A program made the translations under genes and the position numbers. A stretch of 63,362 nucleotides of DNA, counting the filler, from Octopus bimaculoides (Eukaryota): the NCBI RefSeq assembly GCF_001194135.2. It is 7 parts of 7 records of this genome, joined end to end, with 100 filler letters (N's around TTAATTAATTAA, not from the genome) between each part and the next. Parts side by side here need not be neighbours in the genome. Positions count along the whole stretch, not along the records: positions 18,198 to 41,311 come from NC_068989.1; 6 more parts are not named here. One strand, given 5' to 3'. The first letter of the stretch is position 1. The number at the start of each line of letters is the position of its first letter. Positions 26,801 to 41,311 of the stretch are shown one piece after another. A model generated the notes under the pieces. That model worked only from the letters and a program-made list of their open reading frames with translations, had not been told where the DNA came from and made no database searches.

Positions 26801-28120
26801 AAGAACGAATAGATATCATACTCTATCTAGGTAATATAGACTATTAATAGTTATGTGGTTATATCAGTGAAAAGACTGTTGTGATAAATAAATAAAGCAT
26901 GCTTTTCATTAGAGACGCAATCGAGAATTGTCAAACTGCATAAGATGAAGTGGAATTTGCAAGCTATATCTGCTGATACAGGATGCTCAGTAATTGTTGC
27001 TTACTATGTTATGGACATCTTCAAAGAAACTGGTGGCTTTTTTCAACGTTCTTGATCAGGGAAGCCTCGCAAAACTGTTGAAAGAACGACTAGACATATT
27101 AATCGTTTATCGATGGAAAAAGAGAAAAATCAACGTGGCTGACAGTTTCAGAAGACGTTCGAAAGTGTTACCACATGCATATTGCTTTCATCGCCAACAA
27201 AAATCGAATAAAACAGTTTGGATGATAGTAGATATAAAATATCTGACAGAGTTATTTAAAAGATAAATGTATTACTGTCATTTTAAATAGCATCACGTTC
27301 TTAATCTATTCTTGGTTTTCTCTTCAGATATGATAGCAGGATAGCGTAAATAATTGTTCATAGCTCTGTGCACAGTTTTATAACTTTGAATAGAAAAGTA
27401 AAGAAATACTGAAATAAAAAGTGTATCTTTGGTTATTATAAATCGTTTCGCTTAAGCTAAGATGAAAATTCTATTTAAAATGGCGAAAGAGTTCTCCGTG
27501 TTGAAATACATGCGCAAAGCTAAACAAAGGCGGGATATATAGACGAAGACTGGTGACTGGTATTTGAGTGTGATCATCAGTCACCGGTTGAGAGTCCCCT
27601 TTGAAGTGACCCATTAAAGAAGTATTAACGATTTGTGACTAAGAACTAGTAACATAAAACATTTGATTAGATGGGAGTGGTTAATTTGCTGGTTATATTC
27701 GCCAATTTGACAAGGGACTATGGCGAAATCGTAAATCCACGAATAACAGCCGCTTCGATTAGCTGTTTCGAATCCTGCTCGAGACTGACACACTTAAATA
27801 ACCACTAAATAAACACATGGACTATATATTAACACACACTTTTTCCATTTTATTTTTCCTATTAACCGTCCCCGCGACCCCCTTCGTATCTACGATGGGG
27901 CCACGAACTATACGATGAAAATCTAGAGTTACTCGTGGTCGGTGAATTTTTAATAGAAACGCGAAGGTGGTTTACCGATTCAAAAATCAATTTCAACGAA
28001 ATAATGATACTTTCTAATTTTTTTATGCTAAGAACCTCCTGACGACCGACTTTGTAAATCCGAAAAATATCGTAACCATTGGTCCACTTGTCTGGCATTG
28101 AAGAGGGAACAGACAAAGAG

Positions 28121-28167
<47 letters not shown>

Positions 28168-30375
28168 ATTGCTGCTGCTACTGCTGCTGTTGTTGTTTAT
28201 AACGTACGAGGGCTGAGGACTGGCAGAATCGCCAAAGCATCCAAACATATGGTGTTATTCGTCCCAGCTTTTTGCACTTAGACTTCACGTTACCTTTCAT
28301 TCTTTCGGGATCGATAAAATAAAGAAGGACTCAAGTACTGAAGTCAATGGTGTTGATTAACATCACCATTACAAACATATCGCCCAGATTTTCAATCAGA
28401 ACCAATAATTTTTAACATAGTCAAGGGCTCACAAGGTTTGACCGCGACGTATAGATGACAGGATAGTTCCCTGTGTCTTCTTGTGTTACGTTAACGTCGT
28501 TATCTAACCACCGTACAAAGTTTATTATACATTTCGATGATGGTGCTGTAGAATTAACAATGTCTAAACTACCAGACTGCGAAATATTATATCAGTCTCA
28601 AGAGCAGCAGATGAAAGTAAAAGCCAATTTAGAAAGAATTCGAAATTAGAGGCCTTGAAATTGATATTAGAGTCCACTAGGTATTGCGTCTGATACTCTA
28701 ATATTTCTATCTGTCTATTTCCTGGTGTACTAAACAGATATACTGTAATGAAATATAACATCACAACTCGATGATTTTTGTTTTATTTTATTCTCAATAC
28801 AAGCTTTTCAATGAAATTGTCGTGGACAAAATTGCTCCATTCAGGTAAGAAATCAATATTCCACTTTTATAGTCATATTCAGTCCTTCAGTTGACAGGCA
28901 GTGTTATCGCCAACGTGGTTGGCTATTTCTACTACCTAGAAATCGATTGTGAATCCATAATAACACCGCCAGGTTTAATTTTAATGTCTGACATTATAAC
29001 TAAATTATGTTCCATATAATTGCAGTTCTGACATTGTGTTCTTTATTTTATCTTCTGTCAGGAGATTTGAAGAATTGTTTATTTTCCTATTCGATATTTC
29101 ACTTGATTTATGCTTAATCATAAATCATCTCAAAAATGAATGTTTTAATCAAAACTTAAAATAAATACGATAATAGATAAAGAATAATTTAGCCATGAAT
29201 ATCTCGCACATGGATTTAAAGAAGCGGTGAGAATATGCATTAGTTATAGTAATATCTATTGTGGTAGAGTTGTTTGGCAGTAATAAAAGTTCATTTGACT
29301 GACGTTTTCTGATGTCCAGCCTCACAGTAGGTCGACAGCTTCCTGGACGCGTGTTTGCGATGATATTTGCTTGCACAGGACAACTGAACACTCACCGTTT
29401 AATCCAACAATGATTCATATACTTATTGTGATATCTTTTTTACAACAGGGAGAATCAAAAATCTAATCCTAAGTATTTATGTCATGAGGTAATGACTTTT
29501 GTTCAATTTCTTTGCGTGATTCTGGTTCTCAAAATATATTAGCTCCCATTCTTAGAAATATTAAGATTAATCCAAATGTACGTGGAGGACAGGTTTGGGT
29601 GTAGGACAGGTGTGGGTGTAGGACAGGTGTGGGTGTAGGACTTATCATCAGTCGCCTTCATATCTGAATGTTTTTTTTGCCGTTAAGTAGATATAAGCCT
29701 TTGCTACACGAAACTGTCGTCTTGACATCGATATACACTTAAGTCTTGATATCGATATACATTTGTGTATTGACATCGATATACACATATGTACGTATGT
29801 GGCAACATATCGTTGCTATTATGCAAAAGTGTCGGAAGTCAAAAACGTTGCTTTTTCAGAAAACGAAAAGATAGTTTCACCATTCCATTTCTGTTTACAT
29901 TAGCAACAGACTCAGCTTAACAATAATACTTTATTGGGTGCGTAAAGTCGTACCTCTATGCATGTATATTTTCAGCCAGAAATATTTTTGCAAAACTGTC
30001 GTATGTAGGACTTACTACACTTTAAAAAAGTGCTAAATTGTTGTAATATACTTTGACAATTTTCATATCTTGGCATCTGAAGCAGCTACAGATACGATAG
30101 TTTTACCCAAAGAACCGGCTAATGCAAGCAAAATTTAAATTTAAAAAAGACGCATACGGCCAAATTTGGACATACGACAGTTTAACATATTAGCTACGAG
30201 TGTGTAGTTAATGTTGAAAACATCAAAAATAATGTAGAACTAATTATTCTCCGAGGTAAAGAAAATATCAACTTAATCATCAATGTAATCTTAATTATAT
30301 TTGCAAGTAGAGAAAACAATTTCGGGCATGCTTCGAGCATTGAGGCATATATGTATGTGTGTGTGTGTGTATGTG

Positions 30376-30421
<46 letters not shown>

Positions 30422-31323
30422 CATGTGTGTATTGGTTCAGTATATATCTTCTATTCCTTTCAAATAACGTGTGAATATATGTATATTATAATATATACAA
30501 ATGTATGTATGTATGTATGTATACCAACAACTCTGGCCGAATTAAATCGGTGAAGGGATATATAAACATCAGCAAATCAAAACAAAGCAAAAAACGCTGC
30601 TAAACGCACGCCTTGCCACTTGCAAGCCTTTTGCAAAATAGTTAGACGCATTCTTCTCACTATTGCCATAATAGATACTAAGTGATCCAATGATTAACCG
30701 ATTTGGAAACGTGTAGCCAACGACGCTATTGTTCACAAATTACTACATAGAATAAATACATAAACATTAAATAAAATAAACAAACATCAAATTTCCACAA
30801 ATAGCTTTTTATTCTGCAGTCAGAGAATATACAAATTGTGAAGTAGATATCGCGGTCAATCTCCGTGCATGCGTGTAATTGTTGTTGAGGTTATTAAATT
30901 CTCAACGACAAAGATTTCTTCAAATCAGGCGATTCGCACATAGCCTGAGGGATATTATCCGAGTAAATTAGAAGTAAGCGGACGAATATTTTTGTCATGC
31001 TGCGAATGGTTCATTTATATGAAGTGGTGAGTGAATAAATGTTTTGATGTTTTGAAGTTTTGATGTTTTCTTTCGCTTTCTGGTTGGTTAATTGTTACCA
31101 ACTTTCGTCGAAGTATGTGCTTCATGATAACTCGATCTTCTTACTGGCATTCGCTTTTTGAATTCAAAAATACGATTTCCCCTGTGTTTGTTTATATACA
31201 TTTATGTGTATGTATATACATATATATATATACATGAGTGTATCTGCGTGTGGGTCTTGAATATGATTGTACATGTGCATGCATAGGTATATATGTGTAT
31301 GTGTATCTCTGATTATGTATGTA

Positions 31324-31362
<39 letters not shown>

Positions 31363-31562
31363 TTATGTATAAGCGTGTGTGAGTGTATATGGACATGTGC
31401 GTATAAAATACGTACACAGACATATATAAATATATGTGCAAACAAAACCACGAACACATATATATATACATATATTAATGCATACACAATAAACGTGTGC
31501 GTGCGTGTGAGTGTTTGTATCCGTGTGCTTATGTATATATGTATGTATATATGAATATAAAC

Positions 31563-31596
<34 letters not shown>

Positions 31597-31974
31597 AATG
31601 TATATACATATATATATGTATATACATATACATATATATATATGTATGCATATANNNNNNNNNNNNNNNNNNNNNNNNNNNNNNNNNNNNNNNNNNNNNN
31701 NNNNNNNNNNNNNNNNNNNNNNNNNNNNNNNNNNNNNNNNNNNNNNNNNNNNNNNNNNNNNNNNNNNNNNNNNNNNNNNNNNNNNNNNNNNNNNNNNNNN
31801 NNNNNNNNNNNNNNNNNNNNNNNNNNNNNNNNNNNAATATTGTTCACTAGACTCTTAAGAGAAATCTTTCTAGTTTGATGTCCTCGCATTTATGATTATT
31901 GCAAGGTTTCTTCTTATCGAAACCAAAGAAAGACAATAAAACTAAGGAAAGTAGATGAAACACGCAATGACAAA

Positions 31975-32193
31975 ATATTGGTTTCAAATTTTGGCACACA
32001 AAACCAGCAATTTTAGGAGCAGGGTAAGTCGATTTCATCGAACCCAGTGGTCGATTCGTACTTATTTCATCGACCCCGAAAGGATGAAAGGTAAAGTCGA
32101 CATCGGTAGAAATTAAACTGAGAACGTAAGGGCGGACGAAATGTCAGTAAGCATTCTGCTCGGCATACTAATGATTCTGCCATCTCATCGCCT
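31975..32193 (-). mobile_element. SINE family B; further diverged copies at about 26225-26410 (-), 28210-28345 (+), 45250-45400 (-) and 56085-56265 (+)
   Basis: cgaccccgaaaggatgaaaggtaaagtcgac core. Confidence 0.8.
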
Positions 32194-32216
32194 CACACTA
32201 CAACAAAATATCGATA

Positions 32217-32248
<32 letters not shown>

Positions 32249-33432
32249 TTGACCTCAGAAGAAATAGACTAGAAATATAGTGGACGAAATGCTGCTCAGC
32301 ATTTTTAACGAACCTGCCAGCTTGCCGAATTAAATTTACTCTATATTAATTCTAAAAAATATTTCTAATGGTTTTCCCAAACACTTCATTTATTGTCTTT
32401 CCCTTCATTTTAATGTTTTTTTGTGTCTTACACTTCGTATGTTTTTATACTAATATTTTATAGAATGAAGTAATTGAGACAAGAGATAAACAATATTGGA
32501 TCAGGTATTTCGCATTACTTTCTGGAATTTAGTTCTGCTAACGACTCTCTTTCATTATTACCTTATTTACTTACCATCCTTGCATTTAGGTTCCAACACA
32601 GTTATTTGTCAATCATCTTTTTTTCCGTAATTGCAATGTAAGGCAAAACGAAAACACAAAAGAGAAGAACGTAAGTAAATTCAGTCGTTTTATCTGTTGC
32701 CAACTGGATATCATTACGATGGCGACACCTTCCAGTAATGATCATCAAGTCCAGTGGTGTCAACAGCACAAATTTGCTTGGTTATAGACGCATAGAAGAT
32801 AAAATTGAAGAAAAGTGGAGAAAACTATCAAATGAAATTTAGTATACGAGGACACTAAGGGGGGAAATGTGAAAACAAATCCAATGTAGAAATAGATAAA
32901 ACAAATCCTTTCAACGTAAACGACAAATGTAAGACAAGGCCGTGTGAAATAGTACTACTGGCTTGAAATTGTAATAAGACTATTAAAATCAGAGAAGGTT
33001 GTGACAATCATTGAATTCAAGGTGAAAACAGTTATAAGACAAGGAAAACAGAGATTGTTACAATGACAGAAAAGAAGAAACAACTGAACGGAAGGAGTAT
33101 AAAATAGCAATGGCATCAGACAGTAAAACAGAGAGAGAGTGGGGAAGAGTAAGAGGAAGTTTTAAAATGGCTTCAAAGTTTCTTCGCTTTATATCTTCGC
33201 CAGATACTAAAAATTTAGTATTTCTAGCCGCTGTATATATTTTGTATATATTTTGGTATATCTTGTGGGTGGGAGTTTAATGATTGCAATCTAGTTGCTG
33301 TTTAATGTAGTATTTTTATAAATTAAAAAAAAAACGTTTTATTGGATTGCTTGATCGGATGAGCAAAAGCGTGTGTTATATATATACCATTAAACTAGAG
33401 TTAAGATTTTTCGGTGGATGTAATCAAACAAG

Positions 33433-33649
33433 ATGAGGATGGTAGTGGAGGTGGTGGTGATGATGAAGGAGGAGGAGGAGGAGGAGGAGAAGCAAAAGAT
33501 GAAGAAAAAGAGCAAAAGAAGGAGGAAGAAGAAAGATGAGGGAGAGGAGGAGCAAAGAAGAGGAAGAAGAAGAAGGAAGAAAGAGGAAGAGGAAAGAGGA
33601 GGAAGAGGAAAGAGCAGGAAGAGGAAAGAGGAGGAAGAGGAAAGAGGAG
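33433..33649. repeat. Purine-rich (GAG/GAA)n low-complexity tract running into a gap
   Basis: Seen directly. Confidence 0.9.
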
Positions 33650-34986
33650 NNNNNNNNNNNNNNNNNNNNNNNNNNNNNNNNNNNNNNNNNNNNNNNNNNN
33701 NNNNNNNNNNNNNNNNNNNNNNNNNNNNNNNNNNNNNNNNNNNNNNNNNNNNNNNNNNNNNNNNNNNNNNNNNNNNNNNNNNNNNNNNNNNNNNNNNNNN
33801 NNNNNNNNNNNNNNNNNNNNNNNNNNNNNNNNNNNNNNNNNNNNNNNNNNNNNNNNNNNNNNNNNNNNNNNNNNNNNNNNNNNNNNNNNNNNNNNNNNNN
33901 NNNNNNNNNNNNNNNNNNNNNNNNNNNNNNNNNNNNNNNNNNNNNNNNNNNNNNNNNNNNNNNNNNNNNNNNNNNNNNNNNNNNNNNNNNNNNNNNNNNN
34001 NNNNNNNNNNNNNNNNNNNNNNNNNNNNNNNNNNNNNNNNNNNNNNNNNNNNNNNNNNNNNNNNNNNNNNNNNNNNNNNNNNNNNNNNNNNNNNNNNNNN
34101 NNNNNNNNNNNNNNNNNNNNNNNNNNNNNNNNNNNNNNNNNNNNNNNNNNNNNNNNNNNNNNNNNNNNNNNNNNCAAACGCTTTCCAGTAAAAATAGATT
34201 TAAATTCATTGAGGAATCTGCCTGACGTTAGAGAGATGACAGACGGAACCCACGTAAGTTTAACCTATCTTCTTAGAAATGACTGAATATACTGAATAAG
34301 TTTTGTTTATCTCAGAAAGGATGGTAGGTCACGATTAGAATGTCGATTGGAGAATACGTTCCAGTGACAGGAAGCCATTATAACTGATCTATAAGTAATC
34401 ACACAGTAAAGTCTCCATTTTGAAAACAACCTCAGAATTAAGCATAGAACAAGAGCGAAAATACTTTGAAAGGTATGAACAGGCAAATAACAATAACTTC
34501 ATATACATAAAACTATCAAAACCTCGCATAAATACATACCAGATCACAACAAAACAAAAGAAAGGTCATCCGGAAGTGCTGCCATTTTGTTCTGTCTCAT
34601 ATTCATAAATCATAATAGTGGAGTAAGTTTAAAGAACATACATAAAATACAAACAAAGAAAGCAAGTAACCAAAAATTAACTGCAAAAGATGTAACCCTC
34701 AAGAAATACATCACAAATAATCTATTGTGAAGAATTATATATAGGCCATTCTGCAGCTTCCTAAATTATTCAGTAAAAGATGCTTTTGTTACAATTACAT
34801 ACAACAGAGAAGAAGATAGGCTGAACGAGAGTGAAATAATCGTAGGAGTAAATATTGAAGTATACATTCCTTTAGACACTCTATACGCCTTCACGCCAAT
34901 TGAGGTAACGCTGCCATGGTATAGGAAAGTATGTTTATATATGCATATGAATAGAAACATGGATATGCGCACACGCACGAACACGC

Positions 34987-35028
<42 letters not shown>

Positions 35029-35716
35029 AGAAGCATATCTATATATACATATACATATATACTTAGCTAGACAAACACACTTACGTATACTCATATGTGA
35101 TATGTGTATATGTTTGTACACAATACTATGTATGAAAACATTTAAACTTGAATGTATACATGCGTGTATGTAAATGTCCGTATTCATATATCCATGTGCG
35201 TGCGTGCATATGTTTAGGCTTTATATTATATCTGTCTAACGAATTATATTATTTGTCGTTGAAATTAAACACACAGGCTTCTTAACATCAGCGGATGTCG
35301 ATTGTCCATTCATTTCGTGTAGTATGTTCTTCTGATAAAGATCGTGGTACACAATCGTAAAATAATTCAATGAACACGTCATTAATTAGCATTCAAATAT
35401 GTAACTTCCATTTCCTGATTTCAGAATTAATTTTGAATGATTACTAGAAAGCTTCGCTTTATGTGACGTTTCGGTGTTCGATCGGAGTTGCTTTTATACA
35501 GTTAATTACACACGAGTCAGTTTTCTTGTTATGAATATTAACTGCATAGCTTAGCGTTGATTGAAAATTATTGATTCTCTACGAGTATTCCATTCGTGAA
35601 AGTGTGTACATGTGTATGAACCTTTCTATATACGTCTCTCTGTAATGTATATGTATAAATATATATACATAAATATATATACACATATATACATACATAT
35701 ATATACATTTATACAT

Positions 35717-35757
<41 letters not shown>

Positions 35758-35782
35758 TATGTATATATATATATATACATAC

Positions 35783-35835
<53 letters not shown>

Positions 35836-36055
35836 NNNNNNNNNNNNNNNNNNNNNNNNNNNNNNNNNNNNNNNNNNNNNNNNNNNNNNNNNNNNNNNNN
35901 NNNNNNNNNNNNNNNNNNNNNNNNNNNNNNNNNNNNNNNNNNNNNNNNNNNNNNNNNNNNNNNNNNNNNNNNNNNNNNNNNNNNNNNNNNNNNNNNNNNN
36001 NNNNNNNNNNNNNNNNNNNNNNNNNNNNNNNNNNNNNNNNNNNNNNNNNNNNNNN

Positions 36056-36098
<43 letters not shown>

Positions 36099-36353
36099 GT
36101 TTTTGTGTATGTATGTATGTATGTATGTATACACATATTCACAAATATATATGAGTCACTGTGATTGATTGTGCTGGTGCATCGTGATGAGGATGAAATA
36201 TGAGTATATTTTTACGGATAGATTACGTGTGTATATATATGCCCACACAGACACACATATACACACACAGACACACATATACACACACAGACACACATAT
36301 ACACACACATACACACGTGCACATGCACAAAAACATAGATATGCGTGTGTATG

Positions 36354-36511
<158 letters not shown>

Positions 36512-36889
36512 TGTGTGTATATATAGGTATGTATATATATATATATATATGAAAATAATCGATAAATTCATACCATTGTTACTCCACTTGCCACTGTTAC
36601 ACACAAGAAGAATGTGGCTGCGATCCTTCCGACGATAATATACATTGGCGGAAATATTTATCATATTCATGAGTGCACCTGCACTATCAGTATTCAGTTG
36701 TTAAGGCCGTCCATATGTACGACCTTATTGCAACCTTCAAAGCTATACTCTCTGAATTATTGCAGCACAAATTTCATTGGGAGGCGACTAAGTGTTTCTA
36801 TCTTTAAGGGATGTAAATTCCAAAATGTGAACTTCATATTCGGGCCCAATTTCAATAAGTTGTAGCTATTGTGTTTGAGAATTCTGGAA

Positions 36890-37288
36890 CAAAGGTTCTC
36901 AACAGGGGTCATATGGCCACTCGGGGGCCGTTTGGAGCTCGAGGGGGGCGTTTGGAGAAAAGAGGTACTGGGGGTGTTAAGGGACTAGGGGCGCTGGAAG
37001 ACCTCATTTTTGGTAAGTTTAATTTGAAATTAACGAATTGTAGCCATATTTTCACATCTCTGCGACAGTCAGTTTTAAAAAACCATGTATGTTTGCTTCA
37101 AATTTTCAGAAACATAAAAGACACTTTTTCCACTTTAACGACACAAAGATTATTCCTGGTGCCATGTGTAACAGGTGTCGCTAAACTGAAAACCCTAAAA
37201 TAAAGAACAAAAACTGAAAACAGATGATTAGTGACAGACGATTAAAAGAGAACAAGCAATGAATAAAAACGAAAAGCTGAATGTGTGC

Positions 37289-37325
<37 letters not shown>

Positions 37326-38064
37326 AGAGAGAGTGTGTGTGTGTGTGTGTGTGTGTGTGAGAGGGAGAGAGAACGAGAGAGTGTGTGTGCAACCGATTTT
37401 CAGGTTTGTTTTTACTTCCTTTTAAAAAATGCAGATTTTGTGAATGAAACAAACTAAGTCCTGAATAAAACATGAATGTTTAATATGACAAATTTTCAGA
37501 TTTTTTTTCTTCATTTAAAAACGAGGTTGATTTTGTGACTCAAACTAACTGGATCCAAATACACTAAATATCATCCTCCACAATTTGCTACTCAAATGAA
37601 GTACATATTTATTTCAACAATTTCTATCAAATACAATCTCTTTCTTGAGCATAAAAAATCCTCTTCTCCGGTAACAATATCTTATATGTCAGATTGTTGC
37701 ACGATTTCTAACTGTTTTGATAAAGGAAATCAGAAAGGTCTGAAATGATTTCATCGGCATTTACTTGGACCAAAGAGCACTCTTTCGATATACAACACGT
37801 TGATCTCATAAGTGTCGCGTGGTTGAAATAAACAAAATTACCAAACTTTTAATTCATTATTTTGCTTGTTTACATTTCAATTTGTACATCTGTACTCCCG
37901 TACAAGCGCATATGTAAAACGTCGTCCTTTATTTTTTTTAATCATTATCTGCTGATATCAAAATGAGTAATATATTGAAAAATAAAAATATTTCCTAGGT
38001 GGGACCATTTGTAACTCCAAGGGTCAAAAGGAAGCCTTTGGCCAAAATGGGTTGAGAACCTTTG
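36890..38064. mobile_element. Non-autonomous hAT (Charlie-like) DNA transposon, 1175 bp
   Basis: 14-bp TIRs CAAAGGTTCTCAAC / GTTGAGAACCTTTG; 8-bp TSD ttctggaa (36882-36889) / ttctagaa (38065-38072), matching the NTCTAGAN target preference known for Charlie elements. Confidence 0.85.
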
Positions 38065-38682
38065 TTCTAGAAGGAAAACAATATTGTCGCCAGAGGCGAC
38101 ATTGGATGAATTTTCTTATGTCCGGTTCAGAGAAGTGTTCCATTAGTCTATAGATTATTCGAACAAACAACGTCTACATCTCTATCTCCATCTAAAATTG
38201 GCCTAGTTCTATCATTCATTTTCCATGATTTGGGAGAACACATCTGTTGTTAGACCCAAACTTTCCAGTCCAGTTTTAATAGCAGCAAATATACCCAGCT
38301 TCTCTACCTAAACGATTTGTGATGCTGAAGGTAGGGACCATTGAATGTGTTTGCTTAACACCACTCGTTTCTTTCAATACCATCCGAACGTCTTATCATT
38401 ATTTTGTGTATCATATGAGATATATGATTCATCTGTTATGTACTGGTTGAAGATATGGTGGTTCTATTACTGTTTATACAATTGATATTTAAACGTGTTA
38501 TGAGGATAACTACAATATACATGCTACATTTTTTCTCTCCAGGAACTTTATATATAAAAGAAATGTAATGTTGGCTGCATGAACATGTGTGCGTTCTTAT
38601 ATAAATCAGTATATAGGCGTGCGTAGTAATCCACAATTAAATGTTATGGGTATTATAAAATAGTCTAAAAAAAAGTCATAAT

Positions 38683-39007
38683 ACTGACACTCCGTCGGTT
38701 ACGGCGGCGAAGTTTCCAGTTAATCTGACCAACGGAACAGCCTCCTCTTGTAATTAAGGCGCAAGTGGCTGAGCGCTCCACAGACACGCATACACTTAAC
38801 GTAGTTCTCAGTGAGACTCATCGTGACAGACAATGCGACAGGGCTGGCCCTTTGAAATATAAGTACTACTCGTTTTTAGCAGCTGAGTGGACTAGAGCAA
38901 CGTGGAATAAAGTGCCTTGTTCAAGGACACGACACGCTGCCGGGAATCGCACTCATGACCTGACGATCGTGAGCCGAAATCCCTAACCATTGAGCCACGC
39001 GCCTTCA
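38683..39007 (-). mobile_element. tRNA-derived SINE, family A variant
   Basis: Head gtgaaggcgcgtggctcaatggttaggg; tail shared with 3850-4010. Confidence 0.8.
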
Positions 39008-39082
39008 CTAAAAACAGGAAACTGGAGGGGAATAATGTCAGGGCCTTTATGTGTAGCCGGCAAACAGAAGGCAGATATAGGT

Positions 39083-39385
39083 ACTCTTTTACTTGTTTCA
39101 GTCATTTGACTGCGGTCATGCTACAGCACCACCATTTAGTCGTACACATCGACCCCAGGACTTTTTCTTTGTAAGCCTAGCACTTGTTCTATCGCGCTCT
39201 TTTTGCCGGACCGCTAAGTTATGGGGACGTAAACACACCAGCGTTGGTTGTCAAGCGATGGTGGATGGATAAACACATACATACACACAAATATATAAAT
39301 GTGTGTGCGCGCGTGCTCGGGTGTGTGTGTGCGACGAGCTTCTTTCTGTTTTCCATATATCAAATCCACTCACAAGACTTCGGTG
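39083..39385 (-). mobile_element. SINE family C, 3' part
   Basis: Matches 19260-19450. Confidence 0.85.
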
Positions 39386-39551
39386 ACAATTTACCCATCG
39401 CACTCTGTTTATGTAGGCGTATGTGCGTGTATGTACATGTTTTTGTTAATCGGTGCGTCGAACTCATTAAAGGAAAGGAAGGTAAATGTGTGCTTTAGAG
39501 TGTTATGATGTGTATGCGTTGCTTTAACGAAAGAACATACAGAGAGGAAAA

Positions 39552-39592
<41 letters not shown>

Positions 39593-39732
39593 ATGTGAAT
39601 GGAAAAAGAGACATACACAAGAATTAGTTCTTTTTGCATTATGAGTTCTCATGGGAAATCATTAAAAAAAANNNNNNNNNNAATAATGATAATAATAATA
39701 ATAATAATAATAATGATAATAATAATAATAAC

Positions 39733-39799
<67 letters not shown>

Positions 39800-40059
39800 G
39801 TAATGATAATATTTGTATTGCTTGTACTGATGAACATCTAACATCTCAAATGGAAATCTGATCGTTATAATGAAAATCTATTGTAAGAGATCGATTAAAT
39901 GAACAGCAAAACAAACATTTGAATTAAATAGGTGAAATAATCATATTGTTTAAATCAGCTTTTTAAAAAAAAAGAAAAAAAAGAAATGAAATGAAATGTA
40001 TGAAAACACCCCCGTCAACCAGCCACGGCAACTAGAAACCACATCAAAGTCTTCGATAT

Positions 40060-40103
40060 CATGATCGCCATTATCGTCTTCCCCACTATTGTCGTTGTGG
40101 TCT

Positions 40104-40135
<32 letters not shown>

Positions 40136-40466
40136 TTCGTTGTCATCGCCACGACCACTGCCGCCATCATCATGATCATCATAATCATGATAATGATCAT
40201 CATCAGCATCGTCGTCATCACTACCACCACTACCCCTATCATCTTCATAAGCAGCAGCAGCAGCAGCAGCAGCAACAGCAACAGCATGACCAGCATCCCT
40301 AGTGTCATCATCTCCATCACCACCACCCCCATCATCATCATTATCGTCATTACCACCGCTACATCTTCGCCATCCCTTCTATCACCATCATCATCATCAT
40401 CATCGGCAGCAGCAGCAGCAGCAGTAGTAGCTGTAGCACAACCACAATTACCACCGTTACCATCAC

Positions 40467-40501
<35 letters not shown>

Positions 40502-40640
40502 CTGCTGTTGAACATAGAATTTGAAATCTTAAACAATCGTGATTTAAATCAACTTCGAATAAGTCCAACAAATATCAATAATTATCCAACATAATCGTTC
40601 TTATCAACATCGTCGTCATCATCATCATCATCATCATCAT
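40060..40640. repeat. Compound trinucleotide tract (GTC/CAT/CAG/CAC); (AAT)n at 39681-39800
   Basis: Seen directly; source of the poly-D/S/I/V pseudo-ORFs. Confidence 0.9.
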
Positions 40641-40925
40641 GCTCATCACCAGCCTTATGAGTAACATATAGCGATGACCCATTCGTGTCTAGGTAGCATG
40701 TGGATGGTTAGATGTGGCAGGTTAGACAAGAATAAAATTGACTGTCTATGAACGAGCACCGTCGGAGGTGATTGGTGTGTAAGAAGGTCGTTGATGTATT
40801 AAAGTTAGAGAATGAGGAACAAAACGAAATTTGGGGCGGCACCAAATGATAAAGTATTGATCAACACACTACTTCTTCGATATGATATGAGAGAGAGAGA
40901 AAGAAAAAGAGAGAAAGAGAGAAAG

Positions 40926-40989
<64 letters not shown>

Positions 40990-41079
40990 CTACTGGTTCA
41001 AAAGCCGAGTGTTCGTTACNNNNNNNNNNAAAAGCCGAGTGTTCGTTACTGCCAATGGGTTAGCAGATATTCTTGACAT

Positions 41080-41311
41080 AGGCGCAGCCGTGGCTGTGTG
41101 GTAAGAAATTTGCCTCCCAACCCCGTGGTTCCACGTTTAGTCCTATTGCGTGGCACCTTGGGCAAGTGTCTTCTAATATAGCCTAGGGGCCGACCAAAGC
41201 CTTTTGAGTGAATTTTGGTAGACAGAAACTGTAAGAAGCGCGTCGTGTGTGTGTGTGTGTGTGTGTGTGTTTGTCCCCCACCGCTGCTCGGCAACTGATT
41301 TAGGTGTGTTT
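41080..41311 (+). mobile_element. SINE family C, 5' part; a 3' fragment lies at about 41790-41870 (-)
   Basis: ggcgcagccgtggctgtgtggtaag..ttgggcaagtgtcttcta. Confidence 0.85.

Noticed and set aside
29586-29790. Short regularly spaced repeats as a possible CRISPR-like array
   Set aside because: Only three copies, no unique spacers of constant length, and a eukaryotic context.
33433-33649. E/K/R-rich ORFs that could be mistaken for part of the acidic repeat protein
   Set aside because: Simple purine repeat with in-frame stops in the acidic frame, no splice signals, and it runs into a gap.
41021-41049. aaagccgagtgttcgttac duplicated on both sides of a 10-N gap
   Set aside because: Contig-overlap artefact.
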